Shown one piece after another: positions 52,938 through 61,634 of a DNA stretch of 64,000 nt. The first letter of the stretch is position 1. Every line of letters starts with the position of its first letter. The notes under the pieces were generated by a model that had not been told where the DNA came from, searched no databases, and saw only the letters and a program-made list of their open reading frames with translations. The translations under genes were made by a program, and so were the position numbers. The DNA is from Promethearchaeota archaeon (GTDB lineage Archaea; Asgardarchaeota; Lokiarchaeia; Sigyniarchaeales; SOKP01), in assembly GCA_016839555.1 (NCBI GenBank), contig JAEOUA010000001.1, positions 246,043 to 310,042 on the forward strand, written 5' to 3'.

Positions 52938-54356
52938 CTATGTTAGTAATAATTTAATCATTTCAAATATTTTTCTATTTTGTCTAAAATATCTCTCAAA
53001 CATATCTTTATTTTCCAAATTCCAATATTCTGGTGCATTTCCCTCAAGAACACTTGCTATAATTTCCATAAATTCCTGATCAAATAATGCCGCTAATCTA
53101 CGAGAATTCCGAATATGTTGTGTCATAAAATTATGCCCAATATCTCCGCTAATCTCTCCTGTTATAGGATCTTCAAACTGAGAGTTTCCCTCTGCGGGAA
53201 TAGCAATTAATGAGATAAAATTGTTCATATACTTGTTTTCATGTCCATAAAAAGTTTTCCAATGATGAAGAGGAAATCGTAGCCAATCTTTTAAGTCTAT
53301 TTTTTCTCCTGTAAATGGATGCTGGCAATCAAATACGACAGCCCAAAAGAATCTTTGGAATAACTGGGCAGATTCGTCATTTTTCCATCTTGCATAATGT
53401 TTTTTTGAAACTCTCTCACTTGTGGAGACTTCTGCTATATATTCTAGAAACATCAATTCATAATCCACAAAATAATCTAATAATGCTTCATAGAAAGAGT
53501 TTCCATTAATGTATTTCTCCTTAAATTTTGGCAGAGTTTCTCTTAAATTCTTATAAGTAGTACCTTTCAAATCATCATTAGTCAAAGATTTAAGTTCTTC
53601 AAGGATACTTGATCCAATGTCATTTAGCTCATTCTTATCTAATTTCATAAGAGACTCAATCTTGTTGGTAATATATTGGCGGACATTGATATTTTGCTCT
53701 TTAGGATGAGCAATGCCTAAGCGTAAGGCAAATATTGACTCTTCACTAAGCTCATATAACTGAAATAATTCTCTTAATTGAGCAAGAGAAGCTAATTCAT
53801 ATCCATTTATGAATAAACCATAATCTTGTGGTTTCCCAAATTTGACATTAAATTCTGAAAACGCATTCTGAACGATTTCCGCTATGCTTGTGGTAGATGT
53901 AATTTTTATTGGTCTTCTATCTATTTTTCCATAAGTATTAGGATTTCCAATGAAGCGCTCAATCGTGATTTCTTCGACTCTTTCAGCTGGTTTAGTGCCC
54001 CATAAATACCAACGGGAAGCTAAAGTATACCCCAATTCTTCTAAAGCACTCCTAACAGCACTAATTGAATCTAACTTCCAAATATCTCCGTTTTCGTCAA
54101 AAATATATTTTTTATCAATAGGTAAAAAATCATATAAAACTTCTACAATTTCTTTAGTAAATTTAATAGGTTTGTTTTTATCTAAGTTTTGATTAGGATT
54201 AATTTCACTATATTCCAATCCCATTATATCTTGGATGATTTGAATAGTTCGTGTATCAATAGATTCTTGATCAGATTTCATTATTGCTTTGATTTTTTCG
54301 ACAATGGTTTTTTCATGGGCCTCGGACTGTGTATTTAACTTTTTGAAGCAGAACAC
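52938..54356 (-). CDS. Orphan toxin cassette: junction motif, ubiquitin-like domain, HNH-like (HHW) tip
   Basis: Begins KLNTQSEAHEKT; tip DCQHPFTGEKI...LHHW...HENKY; followed by an LRR gene. Confidence 0.7.
   Translation of the reverse strand: MFCFKKLNTQSEAHEKTIVEKIKAIMKSDQESIDTRTIQIIQDIMGLEYSEINPNQNLDKNKPIKFTKEIVEVLYDFLPIDKKYIFDENGDIWKLDSISAVRSALEELGYTLASRWYLWGTKPAERVEEITIERFIGNPNTYGKIDRRPIKITSTTSIAEIVQNAFSEFNVKFGKPQDYGLFINGYELASLAQLRELFQLYELSEESIFALRLGIAHPKEQNINVRQYITNKIESLMKLDKNELNDIGSSILEELKSLTNDDLKGTTYKNLRETLPKFKEKYINGNSFYEALLDYFVDYELMFLEYIAEVSTSERVSKKHYARWKNDESAQLFQRFFWAVVFDCQHPFTGEKIDLKDWLRFPLHHWKTFYGHENKYMNNFISLIAIPAEGNSQFEDPITGEISGDIGHNFMTQHIRNSRRLAALFDQEFMEIIASVLEGNAPEYWNLENKDMFERYFRQNRKIFEMIKLLLT
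54304..54343 (-). repeat. Junction repeat J2 (inverted; 37/40 identical to J1)
   Basis: Reverse complement aaaagttaaatacacagtccgaggcccatgaaaaaaccat. Confidence 0.93.
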
Positions 54357-54463
54357 ACGAAATTTCGGACAAAATACAAATTACACCAGAGCTAATCTAA
54401 GATATGTATAAAAAGAGAGAAAATTAAATACTAGGAGTTAATTATATATAATAAGGAAGAAAA

Positions 54464-54697
54464 ATGAAAACTGAAACATTTGATAAGAAGCAAAAAGAAG
54501 AACACCTCACTGATTTGAAAATAGAAGAACCTAAGGAGCTTTATATCTATACCAAAACTACTGACGATTTAATTTTAAAATCAAAAGCAGAGATGGATAT
54601 GTTAATTGAGAAGTTAAAAAATACGAAGTACGACAAACAATTGGCAGACTTTTATTCTACATATTCACATGAGTTTGAAGATCAAACGGATCTCTAA
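54464..54697 (+). CDS. Small hypothetical protein
   Basis: 77-aa ORF with purine-rich sequence upstream. Confidence 0.5.
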   Translation: MKTETFDKKQKEEHLTDLKIEEPKELYIYTKTTDDLILKSKAEMDMLIEKLKNTKYDKQLADFYSTYSHEFEDQTDL

Positions 54698-55011
54698 TAT
54701 GTTCTTAAATTATGTGTTTCAAATTTACAGAAATCGAACTATAATTCCATAGTATTTTTCTTTACAAGGATATTATTTATTAATTCTTAAAGATTTTCCA
54801 ACCTTAAAGCATTATTTATGAAATCAAATCCAATTCTTTAATAGAAATGGGCTAGTCTTTCAAAAATCATATAGAATCAACGATTAAATTTTAATAAAAA
54901 GTTATTAAAATTATCTAAAAATTATTTTTTTATAAATATCCCCTGTTTTTTTATAATTACAATTATATACTAGTAGTACCTTTTGTTATTTGAAGGAAGG
55001 AGAATAATTTT

Positions 55012-55236
55012 ATGGTTCAAGAAATAAATAAGAAAAAATATTGGTTTGATGAACAAAACTTATTAAAACCCATAGATTGGGATTATGTTCATACGCTTTC
55101 AAATAGAGTGCAGAACGCATTAGAACTTTATATGAGAGGAGATGTATCTATTGGGAGAGCAGCAGAAATAGCTCGATTACCTTATAGAGAATTTGATCGT
55201 ATTCGGGCAATAGCACGGATTCCAATTCATCATTAG
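55012..55236 (+). CDS. UPF0175-like HTH antitoxin
   Basis: ALELY.RG.VSIGRAAEIA motif; upstream of a PIN gene. Confidence 0.8.
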   Translation: MVQEINKKKYWFDEQNLLKPIDWDYVHTLSNRVQNALELYMRGDVSIGRAAEIARLPYREFDRIRAIARIPIHH

Positions 55237-55242
55237 TGTTAA

Positions 55243-55785
55243 ATGGAAATGATTGTTATTTCTGATACTGCCCCAATCATCTTTTTTGGAAAGGTCAATA
55301 AGCTAAATCTTCTAAAAGATCTTTATCAAACAATTTATTTACCAATTGAGGTTTGGGCAGAATTAATATATCCATTAACACAAAATGATGATGATATTCC
55401 TGAAGACATTAATTTGGAATTAGAAGCTAAAGAAAAAGGTTGGATAATTGTAAAAAATCCAGAGAAAGAGGAATCACTTGAATTAGCATTAAATCTTTCC
55501 CATGATTTAGGCTTAGGGGAGTCGTATGCAATTGCTCTAAGTGTTGAGCTTAATGCTGATTTACTTTTAATTAATGACAAAAAAGCAAGAGATGTAGCAA
55601 TCAATTTAGGAATCAAAACAAAATGGACAACTGAAGTTCTTGTTGATGCGGTGTCTAAAAATTTTATTACAGATTTTGAAGATTTTAAGCAAATATTTAA
55701 TGACATGATAGAGAATGGTTTATGGATTGAAAAAGATTATTATAAGAAACTAATAAAAGATGTTGAAAATAAGTTTTATAAATAA
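55243..55785 (+). CDS. DUF3368/VapC-like PIN toxin
   Basis: ISDTAPII, V..E, LGLGES.AI.L, LLINDKKAR. Confidence 0.85.
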   Translation: MEMIVISDTAPIIFFGKVNKLNLLKDLYQTIYLPIEVWAELIYPLTQNDDDIPEDINLELEAKEKGWIIVKNPEKEESLELALNLSHDLGLGESYAIALSVELNADLLLINDKKARDVAINLGIKTKWTTEVLVDAVSKNFITDFEDFKQIFNDMIENGLWIEKDYYKKLIKDVENKFYK

Positions 55786-55880
55786 ATTTTATTAGTAACT
55801 TCTTCAAGATTATTTAATATTTTTCATATGTCAAATTTTGTGTGTAAATAACTTATAAAAGAAACCAAAATATCTGCACG

Positions 55881-56049
55881 AAGCTTTTCATCACGTGTCT
55901 TCAGATTATGTGAAGAAATATGAGAATATCATAAATAAATTTGTGCACAAAATTGCATGGAGAAGAGTATGCAAGATGGGAGACGACTCCTTTCCTTACG
56001 AATGGAATCTTTTTGTCTTGCATTAAATATAATCAGATTAGATGAGAAA
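55881..56049 (+). repeat. Dispersed repeat family B, copy 2
   Basis: Two 28-bp blocks (55908-55935 and 55956-55983) are identical to the inverted copy at 62363-62533. Confidence 0.88.
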
Positions 56050-56205
56050 GCTATAGATAATATAATAATTAGATTTTCTAAATATAAAAAATATAAATCT
56101 TTATCTGCTTAGGAAGAAGAATCTTCTTCTTAATCCTTATTTAAAAATTCATTTAAGATATTTAGAAGTAATCAATTAGTTTAAAAAGCTCAATAGGAAC
56201 ATTAT

Positions 56206-56514
56206 TTATGTTAATCCTTTTTTTTCTAATAAGCGTCTTTTAAAATGTCTATCTTTTCTATTAAGCTCTTTTCTGAATTCTCTATTTTTTTGCTTAAATA
56301 ATCTTTCTCGTTCCATAGCATATTCATCACGTGTATAATAAATGTTAGTTTTGAGTCTAGAAAATAATTGTTTATCTTTTTGACTAATTGAAGAATCATA
56401 TAATTTACTTGAAATCTTTTCTAAATCTGCTAATAGAGATTCAATCGTTTTGATCTTTGCTGTAAGTTTTTCTACTATTTCTTCTCTATTGTCAATATTC
56501 TCGCTATTTTCCAT
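56206..56514 (-). CDS. Coiled-coil hypothetical protein
   Basis: Charged heptad pattern. Confidence 0.55.
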   Translation of the reverse strand: MENSENIDNREEIVEKLTAKIKTIESLLADLEKISSKLYDSSISQKDKQLFSRLKTNIYYTRDEYAMERERLFKQKNREFRKELNRKDRHFKRRLLEKKGLT

Positions 56515-56587
56515 TTTTATTGATAATATAAGGCAATTTTATTATAAGATGTTAGAAAAATATAATTTCCTATAATAATAAAGGTTT

Positions 56588-57262
56588 TTAAATTTCTCTT
56601 TGTGCTCTCTCATCTTTGCGTTTCATAACACTTTCTCGATATGTTACTCTCGAATCATCCAAATCTTTAAGCTTTATATCAATATAATTAATATATTTTC
56701 CCTTTATAGCTAGAGAATTACGAATTACTTCCAGACTCGCTATTAATCTATATATTGAAGGACACTTCCCTTTATAAGTTTTCTCCTCATCTGTATCATA
56801 TATTTTAATCGTACAGAGAAAATCGAAAGAACCTGTAAATATTCTTGGTAAATTAACTAATCTATTAATATCCTTTATTTCTTCAAGAATAATTCTATAA
56901 TATTCTTCTAAAGACAATTCCGAATTTATTTGAAAATCGCTGGGGAATCTAATAAGCAAATTAATATTATTTATTTTAAGATCCTTATATTTTGCATACA
57001 TTCTTATATATTGTAGTTCAGTAATGAGTTTGTAAAATGATGTACAAGAAAATTGAAAAGTATAATCGGAGCTGCTTCCCTTTAATTTAGAACTGAAAAT
57101 ACCTAATAATTTTCTATTTAAATGGATAATATAAAAATCTTCTGGAGTCTTTTTATCAAATGAAATATCTAACAAACCAGTCACTTTACCCTTAAATATT
57201 TTGCGATTCTTTTTTAATTCGTTTATTTCCTCAATTTCTTGTCTATAATTTTTTGGTTCCAT
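56588..57262 (-). CDS. Hypothetical protein with an internal duplication
   Basis: CTSFYKLITELQYIR versus CPSIYRLIASLEVIR. Confidence 0.6.
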   Translation of the reverse strand: MEPKNYRQEIEEINELKKNRKIFKGKVTGLLDISFDKKTPEDFYIIHLNRKLLGIFSSKLKGSSSDYTFQFSCTSFYKLITELQYIRMYAKYKDLKINNINLLIRFPSDFQINSELSLEEYYRIILEEIKDINRLVNLPRIFTGSFDFLCTIKIYDTDEEKTYKGKCPSIYRLIASLEVIRNSLAIKGKYINYIDIKLKDLDDSRVTYRESVMKRKDERAQREI

Positions 57263-57282
57263 CTAAACCAATGATTATCTGA

Positions 57283-57753
57283 TTATTTTTCATTAATCGG
57301 AAGCCAAGCTATTAAATCTAATCCCGCGGCTTGAAAAATTATCTCATCCCCTTTATTTATTTCAATACCTTGTCTTTCGAAATCGCTTTGTGTTATTAAA
57401 AAGATCATTCCATCATATTCAATAGCAAATTTCTCTTTCTTTAATTTAAAACCATTACATTGGTTCCACTTTTCAGGTATATTGTATTTTCCTAGATATT
57501 TTGCTTTTATAATTGGATTTTTTATATTTTCTTTATCATTATATTTATTTATCGAATTTATTTTATTCATATAAGAGATCCAAATCAAAAGATCAACTAT
57601 TTTTCCAATATAAGCTCTAAGATCAAAAGGTTTTTCATCCCTAATCCAAACCAATCTCTCATTTTCAAGTTTCGCTAAGATCGAAAAGCTAAAAATTTTA
57701 TCCTCATAGGGATCATAACCACTCCTTTCTATTTCTATAATTTTAACTTTCAT
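57283..57753 (-). CDS. Putative immunity protein, family I (C-terminal GD.I.F...LDL.AW)
   Basis: Paralogue of 58154 and 61635; its ATG overlaps the stop codon of the upstream orphan tip. Confidence 0.7.
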   Translation of the reverse strand: MKVKIIEIERSGYDPYEDKIFSFSILAKLENERLVWIRDEKPFDLRAYIGKIVDLLIWISYMNKINSINKYNDKENIKNPIIKAKYLGKYNIPEKWNQCNGFKLKKEKFAIEYDGMIFLITQSDFERQGIEINKGDEIIFQAAGLDLIAWLPINEK

Positions 57754-58157
57754 ACTTCTTTAATACCTAAATATCGAATTTTTTGGTATAAATTTTCAAT
57801 TTCATCAATAAAATATAGTCTTAATTCAATAATATTTCCTTTTTCATTAATTTTTATTCCTAAATATTCAATGGTATCTAAATGTTTAAATCTGTATACT
57901 TGAAATCCCAATTCATCATCTAGTACAAAGTAATTATCTTTAATAATCTTATATGCAAACTCAGCAACTTGATATGGCTTTTTTATATTCCATTTCTCAA
58001 AATCAATCTTATATTTTTGGAATGAATGAATGAATCCAAATCCCTTTTCTACTCCATATATTAATAAATATGGATTATTATACCCCTCTCTAGTAGTAAA
58101 GATGACTTCTCGATAGTCCTTGCAGCTTAAAAATTTGAATAAGAATAAATATTTTAT
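57750..58157 (-). pseudogene. Start-less orphan toxin tip (RNase-like class), 135 codons; not in the ORF track
   Basis: Manual translation ...EKGFGFIHSFQKYKIDFEKWNIKKPYQVAEFAYKIIKDNY...YLGIKINEKGNII...KEV*, homologous to the tips of 58602 and 60001. Confidence 0.75.
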
Positions 58158-58594
58158 TCAAGAGGACGCCAAGCAATTAAATCAAGTCGACCCTCAGAAA
58201 AGGTAATTATATCTCCATCATTTAAGTCTTTTGGCGTTTTCAAAAAATCTAATAATATGATCCCATTTACCGTTTGAACAGCAGGATAAGTTTTTGATAT
58301 TTGTCTTTTATCATAGTTCCACCAGCTCTCAGGAATTTGATAATTTTCTATAAACCTACCAGTAAAAATTGGTTTCGATCTGTCATGTCCTTTAGTAAAA
58401 TCAACCGAATTTATATTTATAGTACCAAGGGCGAGTATTAAGCAATCAATTATTGTATTAATTTTAATATTGGGATTGAAATGATCAAATAATTCTACTT
58501 CCATTCCATTATCTAATTGTGCTATAATTAAATAATCGCTTTTTTGATCCATATATACTGTACTAGGCCATAAATCTTTAATAAATGCTCTCAA
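58154..58594 (-). CDS. Putative immunity protein, family I
   Basis: Ends GDIITFSEGRLDLIAWRPLE; starts 8 bp after the toxin cassette stop. Confidence 0.7.
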   Translation of the reverse strand: MRAFIKDLWPSTVYMDQKSDYLIIAQLDNGMEVELFDHFNPNIKINTIIDCLILALGTININSVDFTKGHDRSKPIFTGRFIENYQIPESWWNYDKRQISKTYPAVQTVNGIILLDFLKTPKDLNDGDIITFSEGRLDLIAWRPLE

Positions 58595-58601
58595 TATTTG
58601 C

Positions 58602-59744
58602 TCACTCCTTTTTTATTTTGTTTTGTCCAAATCGGTGTGCCGTTATAATGAATCCATTAGTTCCTATTCCAATTAATAGATATTGTACCTCTTCCTTAAT
58701 TCTCAATTCATAGAGGTAAGTATGTCCTTGTTCAATCGTGAATTTATAATCAATCTCTTCTTGTGTCTCTAAAATTTCTAAGATATTGTCTATTCTTTTT
58801 TGAGGAGTATTCCAATCAACACCCCAATCTTCAAATTGATTTTCATAATGTTTTCCATCAATTTTCAGCATTCCTACCCCTTTATCTTCAATAGAATCAT
58901 AATAACCCAACTCAATCCACATTACTTGTTTTGTACCATGTTTTCTTATAACTCCAAGGACTTCATCAATATTAAATTTAACTGGCATCTCATGAATAAC
59001 ATTTTTTCCAGCATCATCCATTTTCTGTATAATCTTTCCTTCAATATCCTTAAGCATCTGTAAACGCTCATCTGTAGCATATGTATCTGATTTCCATTTA
59101 TCAATACTTGGATTATTTGGCATCCCAAATGCTTCTCTTGCAGTAATTTTTCCTTGTTTCACAAGCTCCATCAATCGTAATGTTTTCTTTTTTGATAAGC
59201 ATACCTTTCCAATGATATCATTCTTGGAAACAAGTTCACTATCAACCTTCTGATTGGTGTCGGGATTCAACCCTATGGTGATAAAAAATTCGTTCCCTTT
59301 AGCGTCAAAAATGTGATTTTCAATCATGTGAATTATAATCGTCCCATCACTCCGTTTAAAAACGATAATGTCTCCTATGTTATATCTGGTAAATCTCCTT
59401 ACTTTCTTAGCCCCTACAATTTCACCATCATAGAATAATTGATTCATTGAAGGACCCTTATATATAAACGCTTCATAGTTTCTTTGTAATCTTGAATCGG
59501 TTATTTTTTGGAAAATTACTTTAATTTTCTCAACGATGGTTTTTTCATGGGTCTGGGACTGTGTATTTACCTTTTCAAGACCCGATTGCGGGGGCTCAAG
59601 CCTCCAGTAGCTTATCCCAAGAATAGTCTTAATCCCATAAATACATTCAAGCTCATTATAGAGGTAATCCTTGGAGAATAAACCCTTGCTGCGGATGCTA
59701 AATAGTCTATGAGAGTGGATTGTTTGTGAATTGGGACATTGACT
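58602..59744 (-). CDS. Orphan toxin cassette: junction motif, S26 signal-peptidase-like domain, RNase-like tip (open frame extends upstream of ATG 59447)
   Basis: Frame is open from 59744: ...LEKVNTQSQTHEKTIVEKIK...YKGPSMNQLFYDGEIV...GDIIVFK...IIHMI...; tip KGVGMLKIDGKH..QFEDWG...GFIITAH. Confidence 0.7.
   Translation of the reverse strand, partial: SQCPNSQTIHSHRLFSIRSKGLFSKDYLYNELECIYGIKTILGISYWRLEPPQSGLEKVNTQSQTHEKTIVEKIKVIFQKITDSRLQRNYEAFIYKGPSMNQLFYDGEIVGAKKVRRFTRYNIGDIIVFKRSDGTIIIHMIENHIFDAKGNEFFITIGLNPDTNQKVDSELVSKNDIIGKVCLSKKKTLRLMELVKQGKITAREAFGMPNNPSIDKWKSDTYATDERLQMLKDIEGKIIQKMDDAGKNVIHEMPVKFNIDEVLGVIRKHGTKQVMWIELGYYDSIEDKGVGMLKIDGKHYENQFEDWGVDWNTPQKRIDNILEILETQEEIDYKFTIEQGHTYLYELRIKEEVQYLLIGIGTNGFIITAHRFGQNKIKKE
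59536..59575 (-). repeat. Junction repeat J3 (inverted; 40/40 identical to J1)
   Basis: atggttttttcatgggtctgggactgtgtatttacctttt on the + strand. Confidence 0.95.
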
Positions 59745-60000
59745 TCACCAGCCGTCTGCAGCTATTAAGGTCGTGATTCCAGGCTTCGGCTCAATAGATA
59801 TTTGAGGAGAGATGATGCTCGCGAGTCTCTGGGATATTTCTAAGCTTAGCAAGGATTCGGAAAGCTCTTTTAAATATATCACGATAATAATTCTCTTCCC
59901 TAATATTTTCTATTCTCTAAACCTTTTTTATTCCATTTGCTAAGCGGAGCTCCTACTCAATTAGGAGCTTCCTTCGAATAAGAACAAATACGCCCTAAAG

Positions 60001-61623
60001 ATGGGAATTAAAAAAGGAAAAGCGACAATGGAGCGATCAATAATACTAAAGAAGAATATAATGGTAAATACACAGTTCGAGACCGATGAAAAAACCACTA
60101 AAGAAAAAATTAAGGATTTTATTAATAAAGATAAGATAAAGAATTTCTTGAAATATGCAATTCCAATAGGCACGGCAGCAACATTATCTGTAGTTCTTCC
60201 TTATGTGGGTGCACCCATGTTATTAGCTCAAGCGGTTAGTTTAGCTACTTCAACATTAGGTATAACCCTTATATATAAAAATGCCAAAATAGATTCTCGT
60301 AATAGTAAACATTTAACACTTTCGCAATATAAAAAAAATAATATTGATGAAATATCAAATTGCTATAAAGGAGATTATTTAAAATATATTAAAGAAGTTG
60401 ATTTGGCTTTTAGTACAATTAACATGAAATCAAAAGAATTGAGAAATTATCTCAAGAACCCTGATTTTTATGGAATAATCTATGAAATATATAATAGAAA
60501 AACAGGATTCATACACATTGAAAAAAGTAGGATCAAGGAATCCCCATCAGCTCATTTGACTCGATTAAAAAATGAAATTAGACAAAAAGAAAAAGAGGGA
60601 GTTAGATTAACACCTTTTGAAAGAGATTTCATAAATAATCCAGGAAATTATGAAATAAGACGTCTTCAATTATGTTTTAATAAAGAACAATATGAATATA
60701 ATGAAATATTTTGGAAATTAATTAACAATGCTAGATTGGGCGGAGTAGGTTATGACCTTGGAATAAATGGTTGGTATGACACCTCAATCTTGAATAGAGA
60801 ATATAATGGTGTCTCGGAAACGGATTTAACACTTGATATATTGAGCGGAATGAGTGAAAGAGCATTAAGAAGAAAATATGGCTCTGAAGACCTTACTGCA
60901 ATGTTAATGGAGTTTTATGACGTTGGAAACCTAGAAGAAGCTCAAAAATTGTTTATTCAACCTATTATAAAGAAATTAGTAGAACGATTTTATGGTATTC
61001 AAAAAGCTTTAGATGTTTTAAAGGAACATAATATTAATTTTGCTCCTAGTGAATTCTGGCTTAATGATTTTTGTAAGAAAATCTATGGTAAAACCTATAA
61101 TCAACTCTTAGATGAATTAAGTCCGATATATGAAAGATATATGGGTGATCAAAAGGGTAGATTAGTGGATCTAAAGATTTATTTAAGAGAAAAAGGAGTT
61201 GAGCTTTCTTGTGATGATAATGAAATCAAGGCTATCATTAAAGGACCTAAAATAGAGGGATGTGATTTATATTATATAACCCTAGGGCATCAGAATTATG
61301 AAAAAGGACAAGAGACTGATGGATTTGGAATTGAACATTGGGTTTATAAACATTTAACTATAAAACAATTTATAGGGGAAGGAATACAAAATCCAGAAGA
61401 ACTGGTTAATTTTGCATTGAAGACACTAGATAATAATTATAATTATAAATATAAAATTCGAGATAATGGTAGAATATCGATACTATATCTAGTAGAAAAT
61501 AATATAGGTAACCCTTACTTTATTAAATTTATTATTTCAGAAGATAGAGGATTAATTACCGCAATTCATATGACTTATAATGAAGGGAGAAATGAATATA
61601 ATAATCCCGAATTAATAACATGA
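60001..61623 (+). CDS. Toxin cassette: junction motif, hydrophobic segment, GIY-YIG-like domain, RNase-like tip
   Basis: VNTQFETDEKT; YGIIYEIYNRKTGFIHI...E.FW...GYD; tip DGFGIEHWVYKH...F...GI.NP...RGLITAIH. Confidence 0.68.
   Translation: MGIKKGKATMERSIILKKNIMVNTQFETDEKTTKEKIKDFINKDKIKNFLKYAIPIGTAATLSVVLPYVGAPMLLAQAVSLATSTLGITLIYKNAKIDSRNSKHLTLSQYKKNNIDEISNCYKGDYLKYIKEVDLAFSTINMKSKELRNYLKNPDFYGIIYEIYNRKTGFIHIEKSRIKESPSAHLTRLKNEIRQKEKEGVRLTPFERDFINNPGNYEIRRLQLCFNKEQYEYNEIFWKLINNARLGGVGYDLGINGWYDTSILNREYNGVSETDLTLDILSGMSERALRRKYGSEDLTAMLMEFYDVGNLEEAQKLFIQPIIKKLVERFYGIQKALDVLKEHNINFAPSEFWLNDFCKKIYGKTYNQLLDELSPIYERYMGDQKGRLVDLKIYLREKGVELSCDDNEIKAIIKGPKIEGCDLYYITLGHQNYEKGQETDGFGIEHWVYKHLTIKQFIGEGIQNPEELVNFALKTLDNNYNYKYKIRDNGRISILYLVENNIGNPYFIKFIISEDRGLITAIHMTYNEGRNEYNNPELIT
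60063..60098 (+). repeat. Junction repeat J4 (direct; 32/36 identical to J1)
   Basis: ggtaaatacacagttcgagaccgatgaaaaaaccac. Confidence 0.88.
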
Positions 61624-61634
61624 GGTAAACCTAA

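Noticed and set aside
55881-56030. IS1595-like transposase remnant (HHVS..Y motif) as the identity of repeat B
   Set aside because: The resemblance is only a few residues, and no terminal inverted repeats or catalytic DDE region were seen; left unassigned.
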